Below are positions 1 through 12,400 of a stretch of DNA of 64,000 bases, piece after piece. The stretch lies in NCBI GenBank assembly GCA_013239625.1, contig MU057344.1:436276-500275 (forward strand). Reading direction: 5' to 3'. This DNA comes from Lama guanicoe. Its lineage: Eukaryota. Within the stretch, counting starts at the first letter, position 1, and every line of letters starts with the position of its first letter. The notes beneath the pieces are model-generated. The model ran no database searches, was not told the DNA's origin, and worked only from the letters and a program-made list of their open reading frames with translations. The position numbers and the translations under genes were made by a program.

Positions 1-183
1 GGTGGACCCCTGGGCCAGGGTCCTGCCCTCCAGCTGGGTCCTCCATCCGGATGCTGGGTTCTGGGTAGAGATGTGACCTGGGGACCTATGGTTAAAATTC
101 TGCTAATCTGAAACAGGGGGAGGGGCTCATTCCTGCAACGTGACCACCGCTGTGGGCCCACCAGGTCCACTGCCCAAGAGAAC

Positions 184-1692
184 ATGAGTGGGCAGGAGAG
201 GGAGATGGAGGAGGATGAGGGAGAGGGCACTTCAGACACAGCACTCATGCTGCCCCGAAGGCCTCCTGACTGCCAGGCCGCGGCCCTGAGGTCCCCACGG
301 TGGGCAGGCCTGGCCGCCCAAGGCCTCGGGACCCTGTCGCTGCCTGGCCGGGCCCTGGCGGGGCTCCTGCTCCACCTGCTGCTGCCCGCAGCCGTGTTCC
401 TGCTGGTGCTGCTGCCAGCAGCAGCCATCGTCTTCCTGGGATTCCTGTGCCACTCGAGGGTGAGCTGAGCCCTCTGTGGGCGTGGAGGCGGGGGGACTGG
501 CTGGAGTCTTTGGGGAGTGGGGGTTCCTGTGGAAGTCTGGGGTCTTGGGGCTGAAGGTGAATCTGTCCCCAGAGGCACACGTGCCCCTCCCTGAAGAGCC
601 TCTTCTGCCAAGTACCCCCCACCCGACCAGCTGTAGCAAAAGAAGGGCTTTTGTTTGTCACCCAAGGGTGACAGCTCTCTCCCCTCCCCCGAGGCCTCCC
701 AGCTCTGTACCAGGGGCCACCAGGGCCTGGACAGCTGTGCAGAGTGGGAAGAGGAGGAGGATTCCAGGAAGAGAATATTAAAATATCACCAAATTTAACC
801 AGTCCACAGCCCCTCCTTACCTTCTATTACCCGTTACCCTGGGATGGGTGTCCCCACTTATGGAAGGGGCTGCAGCTTGGTCTGGAGTCAGGAGAGTCCA
901 GGCAGAGGGGGGCCCTGTGTTCCTCTTTTTTTAGGCATGTCAGGAAAGTGGGGCTGAAACCAGGGCCACAGAAGAAAAGGTGTCCCCTGCTGGTGGCACC
1001 TACCGGAGGGCCTCAAGGTCAGATGCCAACATAGGAAAGACCCTTGGGAGACAGAGAGGGGAGGAAGGCGGAGGTCGGGAACCGGAGAGCTACCCTCTGA
1101 GGCTCCCCTCAAGGGACTCCTACTGGGCCATTTACCCCTGGGTCCCTCGCCTCCCATCCTCTGCTCAGAAATGCCTGGCCCACCGCGAGTCCCAGCCACC
1201 GGACTCCGCCAGAACTCAGTCCCCGCGCTCTCCCCCGGCCCCTCCCTCGTCCACCTGCCCCCCACCCCAGCGCCCCCGCTGGAATCGGGGCTTAACGCTC
1301 CACCAGTCCACCTGCTCCCAGACACGGCCTCCAGGCCCCACCCCAGTCCATCTGCCCCGCCCCAGCCCCGCCAGGCCCGGTCCCGGAACTGAGGCCCCAC
1401 AGCCACGCCTGACCGCCCGCCCCACCCTCAGGTCCACCCCGAGCCTCGCCCTGCGTGCCGCGCGCTGCTCTCGGATCGCGGCTCTGCGGCGCTCATCGTG
1501 TCGGGCTTCCTCTCGCTTCCTCCGCTTCTGGTTCTCGCCTCGGCCGCCCGCGCCCGCCTGGCCCGACGCCTCCGCTCGCTGCTGCCGCCCCCGACTTGCA
1601 GTCCCGGACCCCGCCGCCACCTGGTGTCCAGAGACGATGGGCGCGCGCGACGCCACCCTGACGGGGAGGAGCAGCTCTGCGCCTGGGTGTGA
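184..1692 (+). CDS. TMEM88B: Transmembrane protein 88B, 2 coding exons (184-459, 1432-1692), 178 aa
   Basis: Exon 1 MSGQERE...LLLHLLLPAAVFLLVLLPAAAIVFLGFLCHSR ends AGG|GTGAGC. Exon 2 follows CCCTCAG, phase 0: VHPEPRPACRALLSDRGSAALIVSGFLSLPPLLVLA...EEQLCAWV*. Two hydrophobic segments, C-terminal xWV PDZ-type motif as in the TMEM88 family, and position upstream of VWA1. Confidence 0.93.
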
Positions 1693-4600
1693 CCCCAGAA
1701 TCCTCTCCAAAGGACCCCAAGACCTCAAATCCCAGAGGGCCCTGAATTCCCCCCGTGTCCCCCATAAGGTGGCTCCAGGCTGGCGACTCAGGGTCTGCGT
1801 CCAGGTCCCAACGTGGGAAATCGCAGGGCCCCACGCAGCTCCGTGCGCAGTGCTCCGAGTGGCCGCGAGGTGGCACCGGCCTCCCCCGGACCGGGTCGGC
1901 TCTTCCCCAGCCTCTCTCCGCTCCTGCTGTTTCCGTAGCTGCGGAGACTGGGACCCCCAAGGGAGGAGGGAGATGGTTTTCAGAGAAGGGCGCATGGCCA
2001 GGCTCTGGGAAAGGCGGCCTTCCCGGCTTCTGCCACTGTGGCTGCCCTGGGCTCCTGTGCCCTCCCCGAGGACAGTCTCTGAAAGTCCCCTGTCTGGTCA
2101 GTCAGTGGGCCTCCAGCAAGTTCCAGAGGTGGTGAGATTTGCTTGGGAGACCCCACGCTGGATGTTTCCAAAACTCCATCGGCGGCCAGAGAACCAGGCG
2201 CGCAGGGCTCAGCCTGAGAACGGAATTAGCATTTAGAGTAAGGGCCCAGTCTGTTCTCTCTGGAGAATTTTAAGGTCTTTTCCATCTTTTGCGTTCTGTT
2301 CTTTTAAGCATGCTTCTGGTTGTGGCTCTGTTGTTCTGTATCCATTTGGTGTCCGCTGCGTTTCCCAGTTTTATAGATTCACATTTTCATCAGTTCTGTA
2401 GATCTCCCACCATTATTGCTTCAGTCCTGCCTCTCATTTATTCTCCCTGTTCTTTCTCAGGGAACACCTGGTACACGAGTGCTGCATGTTTTCCCTTTAC
2501 CTCTCATGTCAGTTCATCCCTCTTTTGTGTTTTCTGTCTCCTTGTCTCTCTGCTGCATTCTGGCAATTTCCTCAGGTCCCTCTTCCGGGTCATTAATCAC
2601 TGGCTGTATCGAATCTGCTGATTAATGCATCCTCTAACTTTAAATTGTCGTATCGTCATACCTGAAGGTTACAACCGCTTCTTATTCCCGTCTGCTCATT
2701 TTGGCGGTCTCTTGGTGCGTGCTCAGTTTTGGGTTCCAGCTTTGACTCCTGGAACATTTCACACATGGTTATTTTATAGTGTGTACCTAACAATTCCAAT
2801 CCCTTTCTTTGGGGCTCTAACTCTGTTGTTTGTCATTTCTGCTGCCTCTCAGTCATAGCACGTTGTTTCTCTGAATGTTTGCAATTGTTAAGTGTCAGCC
2901 CACACCTGTGAACGTTCTGAGACCTGGTCCCTCCAGAGAGGGTGCCCTTGTGAGGCGTGACCGTCCTGGGCCCCTGTTCGGGTCCTGGTCTGTAGCCCGC
3001 AGGGAAGGAAGTCCACACTTGTCCCGATGCAGTGTGGCTCTCCGTGCTGTGTTCAGGGAAGTCTCTGCTTTCCCACTTGTTTTCCTTCATCATCCCGGGT
3101 TTCTGTTCACTATTCCATTTGTTTATTTATGCACTTATTTTTGGTGTTTCATTTTGGGGAGCCTTGAAGATATTTACTTCCTTTTAAGCCCAACAGTGCA
3201 TCAAAAATGTGTTTGTTGTAATTTGTCCCAAATCTAGGAATAGCTGAAAGGCCTTGTAAAGGACCTAGTACACCGCACTGCCAGCCAGGTTCCACCTGTG
3301 AGCCATAGGTCAGGGCCCAGACACGCCCAAAGGTCAGGTCTCAGGGCTCCCTCGTGGCTTGGGCAGCGCCTAGCTCTGGGCTGGCTCAGGTCCAGCAGGA
3401 GTCCTCGGGGCTTTCCAGTTGTCTGTGCCCAGTCGGTCAGGAGCCTGGCTGGCTGCCTGGCGCCCAGGGAGAGCTTCCCCTAGTCCGAGGCCGCCTTCCT
3501 TCCCCTCCTGCCTAGGGTTGGACGGGCTCTGGCCAGGCATTGAGGACGAGGACTCTCCTGAGGATCTGCCTGGCCCCGGAGTCATCAAAACAACAGCTGG
3601 GCTGGGGGTGGGGGGTGGGGAGGCCACCGTGTGTCCCAGCTTCTCAGGCCTGCCAAGCCCTACATGGCCTCCAGCTGGCCCCCAGGACAACCTGCCTCAC
3701 CCCCAGCTCTGACCCACCCACTCACAAAACGAACACCCATGGGGGCTGTGGAAAGTTTACAGAAGAGCCTCAGGGTCTGCTTTTAGGAGACCAGCTGTCA
3801 GGAAAGTTGGGAAAGTCGAGGGCAGAGGCCCCAAGCTACTGGGTGGCGGAAACCTCCACTTTGGGCAACAAAGTCTCTTCTCCCAGGTGCCCAGGCCCTG
3901 GCCCTGTAAGAGTTCCTGGCTGTGGGGGGCCTCTGCGGTGCACATGTGTGCACGTGCATGTGGCGGGGAGTTACATGCTCCTATGTGTGAGCGTGTGCAT
4001 CCCCTCTATCACTGGTCCTCACACCCCTGGTGGGGCATTGTCCAGACCCCACAGGTGTGGAATCTGGGCTCTGCCAGGTTCCTGGATCTGCCCAAGGCCA
4101 TTTATTCATTCACAAAATATTTCCTGGCAGCTCAGGTGTCTGCAGACACACCTTCAGTGTTGCACAGCTAGGAGGGACCCGGAGAGTTCTGTCCCCACAT
4201 CCGGCGTTCCAGGCGTGAGCCCTGCCCCCACCCAGGCATGGGAGCCAGGCCAGGGGTGCTGGGCAGAAACAGCTGTGGTGGGTGCACTGGGGAGGAACAG
4301 GCAGAGCCTGGTGCTGGCCCTGAGACCTGAGGCCCCTTGCCCTGCTCCTTGGCCTGCCCCCTACCTCCGGGGAGCCCCCTACCAAGATGTTGACATAGAT
4401 CTGTCGCTCCCTGCTTTCTCTTTCCTGTGCAAGCCTGCCTGGACCCTGCCTGGTGCTGGGGCAGGGCGTGGTGGTCATCTCCCCGTTACAGAAGGTTCCA
4501 GCACAGGGAGCCAAGACTAGGGAGGGGTCTTACCTCAGGAAGGGCATCACCGTTCAGTTCCCTGCATGGGTTGAAAACCCAGGAGCAACTGAACTTCTGC

Positions 4601-7600
4601 CTTCCTTTCTGCCTCCCAGCCCTGCCCATTGGGCTCTGCCTCTGATGCGGATGGCCCCGTATCTTCTTCAAGGCCTGGCTTCTGCCCCACCCTGCCCCTG
4701 CGCAGGCCATGAGCCCTTGCCTCCTCTGTGAAGCCTGCCCCTGCCCTTTCTGCCTCCCAGGCTTCCTTACAGCCCTCACACACTGGCAGGCCCCCACCCA
4801 AGGACCCTGGGACTTCCTGTAGCTTCTGCCCACCTGGTCTGACATGCCCCACCCCCCTGGGGAAAAATAAATAGCCAGTCCTCTCTGCAAACTCACCACT
4901 GCCCTTCCCCCTTCCAGCTCCGCATGTCCCCAGTGCAGAATCTGTCATGTGGCTGGCCCAGCATGGAGATGACGGCAGAATGCAGACGGGTTGGCACCCT
5001 CCCCCCGCCCCCGTGCCCAGGCCACCCACCCCATCGGCCATCTTTCCTGCCGCCCTGGCTGTTGCCAGCAGAAGGACTGGGTGGGGATCAGCTCTGGGGC
5101 CAAAGAGGATGGGACAATGCGCCCTCCAGACTCCTAGGACTGGCCCTCTGGCCCTGGCACGTCCCTGACCACAAACGGGCAGGTTGAGTCTAGAAGAATG
5201 CGTGGGTGGGGCAGCTGGGTGGGTGGTGGCAGGGGCCTCTGAGCCCTGCTGCTCTTGGCCACCCCTTTCTTCTGCCCCGCTTACTGTTGTGGGGCTGGGT
5301 CAGGGTCCTTGGGCTCGCCCACACCTCTGACTTCCAGCCTCTGTGTCCCCTGGCATGTATATGGGTGGTGGGGGAGATACAATTGACAAGAACCACAGTA
5401 CAGGCACCCCCAGGGGGTAGGGAGGGGCCAGGCTGCTCTGCCCCCTCAGGCCTAGCAGAGTGACCTCAGCCGGGGTCGCGGGTGGGGTCGGAGGCCTGGG
5501 GAGCTGGCCTTTACCCTGGGGTCAACATGACCATAGCAAGCTGGGGACAAAAGGCCTTTCTTCTCTGCAGAGGCCTGGGTGGAGCGGAGGAGGGCGCGTT
5601 CCCGCGGACCAGCGGTGGGCAGGGGCAGTGCCTTGGAGAGCCATCTCCCTGGGTTTCGTGGAACCCTGTCCACCTGCCTGCAGACCAACAGACAGCGTGG
5701 GCCAGCTCCAGGAAGTGATGCTTAGGGCCCAGGCCACAGGGGCGGGGGTGGGCCACCTCTGGCACACAGGCTGCTCCTTCCTCCTGGTCCCACAGACACC
5801 AGGCCCAGGCAGACTCTGGGCCCAGGGGAGGTGGAGGGCTGGGCCCAGAGCACGCTGTGCCCTGGCTGCCCAGTCCTTCTCTGCTCCCTGCCGCCCCCAG
5901 GCCTGTCTTCCTTCAGAGAGGAGGTTTCCGGGCCATTATATTTGTACTTCCTCTGGCGTCTGCCTCAAGCCCAGCCCTAGCCCTGACCACTCCATCCCTC
6001 GCTGACCCCCATCTTCCCTGGGGACCCTCCATCGGCCCGTGTCTCCCTCAGGGGCTGATCCTGGAGACAGGAGTAGTGTGGGGGACTGGGAGAGCAGTGC
6101 TGAGCAGATGGGGCTGGGGTGGTCTCCCAGGGGTCAGGCCAGAGTTCAGTGTGAGTGCTGGGAGTGATCCTGGGCAGAGGTGAGGAGGAACTGTCAGCCA
6201 AGGCTGGGCCTCCCATCCTTTGTCCCTCGGATGGAGAGGCTGGAGGAAGGAGGATGGCTGCTTCCTCGAGGGCTTGCATCATGGCCAAGAAGAGCAGCTC
6301 AATTTTTCCAGAAGGGACGGAAACGTCCCCGTCAACCCCGCAGCAAAGCTGAGGTGTGACTGTGGGCTCACCCTCTGGACAGGACTGGGGATGCCACAGG
6401 GCAGACTCAGCATGGCCCGGCTCCCTGCCTGGGGCAGGTGGGTGCCCAGCGAGATGGAAGATGAGCCAAGACGTGCTGGCACGTATCTACCTGGGTGGGC
6501 TCCCCGCCGGGCCCCCAGGTCTCAAGATGCTGCTGGTGCTGCAGCATCATGGCCTCCGCTCAGCTCACAGTCCCTCCCCGCAGCAGCCCTGGTCAGCCAT
6601 GTGTGCTGGAGGGCTGAGGGCCAGGCGAGCAAGGTCCCCAGGGCAGTACACCCTGAACTTTGGGGGTTCAAGCCCATTGCTGCCCCCTCAGCGACCAGGC
6701 GGAAGCACCAGGCAGCTTCTGGTCCCAGCCAAGGCCTGAGGTCTGTGGAGCTGAGCCAGCACTGCCACTGCCAAGATTCCCGGCAAGGGGGTGGGGGCGG
6801 CGGGGACACAGTTCTCGCTTGTTCCTGCCCCAGCTCCTCAGGCTCAGCTGAGCCGCTTCCTTTTTTAGGCAAAGTCAGCCTGTCTCAAAGCCCGGCGTCT
6901 CACCTGCCAGAAAGGGAGGAAGGAAAACCATTGAGTCCCATCCGTCCTCCTGGGGAGGGGGAAAGGGAGGGGACATCCTGGCAGAGATGGCCCTGCTGCC
7001 TCACCCTGCGGGAACTGCGCCCCTCCCCAGCTAAGCAGAAAGGAGTGGTTGGGAGAGGGCAGTGGTTACCCCACCAGAAGGAATCTTAGGAGTGAGGGGG
7101 GCGAGGCTCTCCTGGACCTCAATTCCTGCCCAGGGATGCTGAACTGCCTCCCTAAGGGCAAGGAATCTGCCCTGGGGGCTGAGTGTCCCTCAGGGTGTCC
7201 CTGGCAGCCAGCCACCTCTAGTCTGGTCTAGCAAAGATCCCAGGATGCAAGCCACCTGGCCCACCAGGCAGTCCCTCCAGAGGGCTGCTCCAGTGGGCTG
7301 CTGGGGGTCTGTCCTCAGTCTTGGAGTCTCGGCCCCTCATTGGGCAGGATGTGGGAACAGCTACAGGCCCAGCATGGTCACACTGGACAGGGCCTGAACC
7401 AACCATCCTCAGCCCTTATTCCCCTTCCTCTGAGAAGCCAGGTGGGGTGGAGGCTTTGTGTCCCGCAAGGAGCTTCCCCTTGAATGTCGCAGGCTTCTTT
7501 CCCCACCCAACGCGCTGCATCCCTTCTAAGTTCAGCCCTTCTGATCTCTATAGACCATTCCTTGGAGGACACATGTCCCAGCCCCAGACACCTGCTCCTC

Positions 7601-7899
7601 CCCCAGCCCCGTGGCCAAGGCCTGGGCCGTGTTGGGGGTACGCTGTTTTTGGTGTCACCCACACACTCTCATACCCCTATGGGGCTCTTTTGGGCCTGGC
7701 TTCAGGCACTTCCAGCACCGCAGAGGCGAGGGCAGTGTGTCTGGGGAAGACGCAGCTCAGGCGGCTCCCTGATCGGCTCCTCGCTGGGGGCAGCGGGGAG
7801 GGAGGACCCATGACCCTACAGCCAGAAGGGGACACTGTATATCTGCGGGCGTGCATGTCACAAGTGTGTGCCTCGGCGGCAGCCCAGGGACCTCTGCAC

Positions 7900-8330
7900 G
7901 TCGCTGCGCATCTGGGCCCTGCGTGCGCGCCCCTCCCCGGAGCCTGGGCTCCTCGGCCCGCGGGGCAGCGCGCGCGCCGGGGCGGGGCCTCGGTGGGCGG
8001 GGCCTCCTGGGGGCGGGGCCCAGGACCCGCCCCCGCGGCCGCGCGCCCCGCCGCCCAGGAGCGAGCCAGCGGCGAGCCGAGGCAGAGCGCGCCCGTCCCG
8101 TCGCGCAAGATGCTGCCCTGGACGGTTCTCGGCCTGGCCCTGAGCCTGCGGCTGCCGCGGAGCGGCGCGGAGCGTGGTGAGTGCGGCGGGGGCCCGGTCG
8201 GGCTCGGCTCCTGCGCCCCACCACCCTCCGCACGGAGCCACGCTCTCCTCTCGCGGCTCCGGGGCCGGGGTGGCTGTCAGGGCACCCCACCCACTTGCGG
8301 CGCGCGGACCCCGCCGGCATCTCCGCGGGA
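7900..8330. promoter_or_regulatory. CpG island / GC-box promoter of VWA1
   Basis: Very high CpG density with several GGGCGG/GGCGGGG boxes immediately upstream of the ATG at 8110. Boundaries approximate. Confidence 0.8.
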
Positions 8331-11300
8331 TTTGGGGGCTTGGACCGGGAGGGGGAGGTGTGTGCCGGGGAGGCTGTCCCTACCTCAGTTTCCTTCTGCA
8401 TGGAATGGTAGAGGGATGGTAAGAAGATTGGCGGCGACCTACTGGGTTGGGGGAAACTGAGGCCCCGAAGCTCCAAAGCCCAGACCACTGTCTGTTCGAG
8501 GCACGTTGGTGGAGGGACCCATCTGCCCCGCCCCGCCCCCAAGATGCCGACAGGAAGGGAGAGAGAGGCCTGGGAGGGGCCGATCAGGCCCTGAGGCTGC
8601 TGCAGCAGGTAACCTGCTTCCTGGGTCCAGACAGAGCAGAGCATGGGGGCCACGGGAGGGGTGACATCATCTGTGAGTGGGGTCACGACTCCAACCCGGC
8701 CGTCTGGTCTGTGGGAGGGGTTGCAATCAATGCTGTGTCTTCCCAATCCCTCCAGCTCCGTACCCAGTCTCCTCAGCTGTTTTGTGCCCCTCCAGCCTGA
8801 CTCCTCATGGGTGGCCTTACCTGGAGGCTGAGCTCCAGCCTGGAGGCTGCTTCTCTGGAAGCCAAGCCTGAGGGAGCAGCCCTGGTGGCCCAGACCCATC
8901 CACCCACCACTCCTGAGGGCTGGGCCAGGACCCTGGGCTCCAGCCTGCACTCAGAGTCTGCTGAAGTGTGGGGGCTTGGAGGGGTCAGCTCTCCTTTGCA
9001 GGAGAAGTGACATGAGCCCAGAAGTGTCCAGGTCTGTGGCCAGGGTACAGAGCTGGACCCGCTGAAACTGTGGACCTCCTGTTGGCTTAGAACCCCTCTC
9101 CCCGCTGGGGTGCTACCCCAGGACCTCTGGGTGTGTGACTGAGAAGGCTCTCAGGGATTCCTTGTGTAAGGGCAAGTGCTGGCTTAGGGAAATCTCAGGT
9201 GCTGGGGGTTCTGCCCTGGGTGTGGGGCTGTCAGGCGGCCACCACCTGGGGCTGAACCCTCCCCTCTCCCCCAGGCCTCCCGGCATCTGTCCCCCAGGGG
9301 GACCTGCTGTTTCTGTTGGACAGCTCGGCCAGCGTGTCTCATTATGAGTTTTCCCGAGTTCGGGAGTTTTTGGGGCAGCTGGCGGCCCTGTTGCCCCTGG
9401 GCCCTGGGGCCCTGCATGCCAGCCTGGTGCACGTGGGCAGCCAGCCACACACCGAGTTCCCCTTCGGCCAGCACAGCTCAGGCTCGACTGTCCAGGATGC
9501 CATTCGTGCTGCAGCCCAGCGCATGGGTGACACCAACACTGGCCTGGCGCTGGCATACGCCAAGGAGCAGCTGTTTGCCGAGGAGGCGGGGGCCCGGCCG
9601 GGAGTGCCCAAGGTGCTGGTGTGGGTGACAGACGGCGGCTCCAGCGACCTCGTGGGGCCCCCTATGCAGGAGCTGAAGGACCTGGGCGTCACTGTCTTCA
9701 TTGTCAGCACTGGCCGCGGCAACCTCCTGGAGTTGTCGGCTGCGGCCTCGCCCCCCGCGGAGAAGCACCTGCACTTTGTGGATGTGGACGACCTGCACAT
9801 GATCACCCAGGAGCTCAGGGGCTCCATTCTTGGTAGGTGGGAGGAGGCAGGGCCTGGGGGAACCCTAGTTGGGAGCTTGGGAAGAGAGCTGAGTCAGACT
9901 TCAGGAGGAATGTGCATGTCTGGAGCAGAGGCCAGGGCTGCAGGGGCAGTGTGCTCCCTGGAGGTTCAGGGACCAGGTGACACACATGGCTTCTCCAGGG
10001 ACATGCTCAACTGTTCACCCCGGTTGCCCCCTACCTGGGTTGTGGTGGGACAGAGGTCAGGTCTGTCTGAGTATACACCTCCAGGTGGGGCTGTCTGCTG
10101 GAGGCCCCATGAATGAGGGACTTGGTGTGAGCCCAAGGGCTGAGGGGCTGCATCTGGTGGGATGTGCCTAAGAGGAGAGGAAGAGGAAGGAGGTTCCAAG
10201 CCTGAGGAATCTGCAGATGGAGCTTGCAGTCCTGTATGTGTGTTGGAGAAGGAGAGCCAGCTCAGGAAGGGCCAAGAGCTGGGGCCCCACTCCCCGCCCC
10301 CCACCCTGTGAGGACCGTCACCGAGAGGTTTGAGTGGATTGCACTATAAGGGGTGTAGTGACTGCTGGAAAGGAGGCCAGACCAGACTGGGGAGGGCCTC
10401 CTGCAGGGGCCAGTAGCTCCACCCTGACCCAGCTAAACCCCACAGGAGGAGGGGCTGGAGATGAAGGGCCTGGTCACTGGCTAGGTTTACTGTAGCACCT
10501 GAAAAGTACCAAGTAACCCCAGGGTTCTTCCCTGTCTCTCTCTCTGGATTAATCATCCACCTGAACGTGGAAGGGGAGGGACTGTGGGTTGGAAGGGGGT
10601 GGAGGGTCCTTCCAAAGATTTACCCCAGGACACCCAGCCCCTGGTGGCCCCTGGGTCAACAACTGGCTGAGCCTGGAGCAGAAAACAGGAGAAAGGGCAA
10701 GAGGCTGCCTCAGCCGGGTGGGGGCTGCTGGGATTGGGGGCGGGGCCTGAGTGTGGGGATGAGCAAGTTGAGTGTCAGGTTGGCGGCCGTACACACAGCA
10801 TCACAGAAAGCAGCACCAGTCCTGTGGGTCCTCGCCCTGCCCGGACGTTTCTCAGCCATACCTACCAGCTCAGTCAGCCAGATGGCCATGAGCTGCTTGG
10901 CATCCGATCTCAGAAGTAGTAACAGATTTGGGGGGCCCACTGTGCAGTTCCCCTCCACACTCTCCTGGGGACTGGAGGCGTGCAGCACCTTGGGTTGTCA
11001 CATCTCTGCTGTCCTGCAGGGCACTCTCCAGTCCTGGCTGTATGCTGGGTCCCTTTACCTTGACCATCCAGAGCTGAGCTGACCCCAGACCCTGTGCTGG
11101 CTGGGCGGGGGGCTGGTCCTCTGTTCTCAGACATCACTTTGGATCTTGCCACCTTTGAGGGGCCCTTGTCCAGGCCACTGGACTGGGTGGGAGGTGGATG
11201 CTAACGGTCCCCACTGGTCTGGGTTTGGAGCTGAGGCAGGCAGGGAAGCTCCTGATGGTGCCTGGAGGAGGGTGAGGGGGTGCTGGCTGTGCTGGTGTCC

Positions 11301-12177
11301 TGCCTCCAGCACCAGCACAGTTTTGCGCAGCCTTCGCATCTGGTGGGCGTGGCCAAGGCTGGGCTGGCTCCTCAGGGCTCCTGCCCTCCTCATCTGGGCA
11401 TCTTCCCCTGGAGAGAAGGCGGTCTCCTTTCTCTGACCCTCTGCACCATCCGCAGACGCGATGTGGCCGCAGCAGCTCCGTGCCTCTGAGGTCACGTCTA
11501 GCGGCTTCCGTCTGGCCTGGCCGCCCCTACTGACCCCGGACTCGGGCTACTACGTGTTGGAGCTGATGCCCAGCGCCAAGTCGGGGGCCGTGCGCCGCCA
11601 GCAGCTGCCAGGGAACGCGACGGGCTGGGCCTGGGCCGGCCTCGACCCCGACACGGAATACAACGTGGAGCTGATGCCGGAGTCCAACGTGCGGCTTTTG
11701 AGGCCACAGCACCTGCGAGTGCGCACGCTGCCGGGTGAGGTAGGGCGCGAAGGGCGGGTTAGGGTTCGCCAGGGTGCTGGGCCCGGGGCGGGTGGGCGGG
11801 GGCGCAGCCCTACCCCGCTCACGGGCGCTTCTCCCGCAGAGGAGACCGGACCGGAGCGCATCGTCGTCTCGCACGCCAGGCCGCGCAGCCTGCGCGTGAG
11901 CTGGGCCCCGGCGCTGGGTCCGGCCGCCGCGCTCGGCTACCACGTGCAGGTCGGGCCGCTGCTGGGCGGCGCGGCGCAGCGCGTGGAGGTGCCCGCGGGC
12001 CGGAACAGCACCACGCTGCAGGGCCTGGCGCCCGGCACCGCCTACCTGGTGACCGTGACGGCGGCCTTCCGCTCGGGCCGCGAGAGGGCGCTGTCGGCCA
12101 AGGCCTGCACGCCCGATGGCGAGCGCAGCCGCGCCCCGCGTCCCCAGGCGCTGGAGGCTGGTGGCCGGGAGCCGTGA
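8110..12177 (+). CDS. VWA1: von Willebrand factor A domain-containing protein 1 (WARP). Exons 8110-8176, 9275-9832, 11456-11734, 11840-12177 (413 aa), or 11456-12177 as one exon (448 aa)
   Basis: Signal peptide MLPWTVLGLALSLRLPRSGAERG; vWA domain with MIDAS motif DLLFLLDSSASVS and VLVWVTDG; two FN3 repeats (PQQLRASEVTSSGFRLAW; PERIVVSHARPRSLRVSW). All junctions GT-AG and phase 1. Confidence 0.97.
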
Positions 12178-12400
12178 GCTCTGGGCCGGCCGCGCCCGCG
12201 CAACCGAAGGCCCCCTTCTCCCGAGCCCAGTTAGAGAGGCGCCCGCCACCCAAAACAGGGTCTTGCCCTGGGTGTGGGATGCTGGCCGGCCTTTGGCCCG
12301 CGGGACCCCCGCGGCAGGAGAGCGTCCTGCTCTGGCGTCCGCTCCCAGGACGTGGCCTTGTCTGACCCTCCGCTGCAGCTCTAGCAGCAGCGTGAGCCGT
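11450..12400. promoter_or_regulatory. Intragenic CpG island over the VWA1 3' coding exons
   Basis: Dense CpG across the FN3 exons and start of the 3' UTR. Boundaries approximate. Confidence 0.65.

Noticed and set aside
980-2236. 418-aa ORF overlapping TMEM88B exon 2
   Set aside because: Wrong frame relative to the real exon, no ATG at the start, Pro/Arg/Ser-rich; a shadow ORF of high GC content.
2240-3290. AT-richer block with hydrophobic ORFs (2289-2621, 2875-3237)
   Set aside because: T-rich composition typical of a decayed antisense LINE; no splice structure or family match, and I could not assign a repeat family confidently.
7321-8950. Long ORFs on both strands across the VWA1 promoter
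   Set aside because: CpG-island stop-codon depletion; only 8110-8176 is supported as coding.
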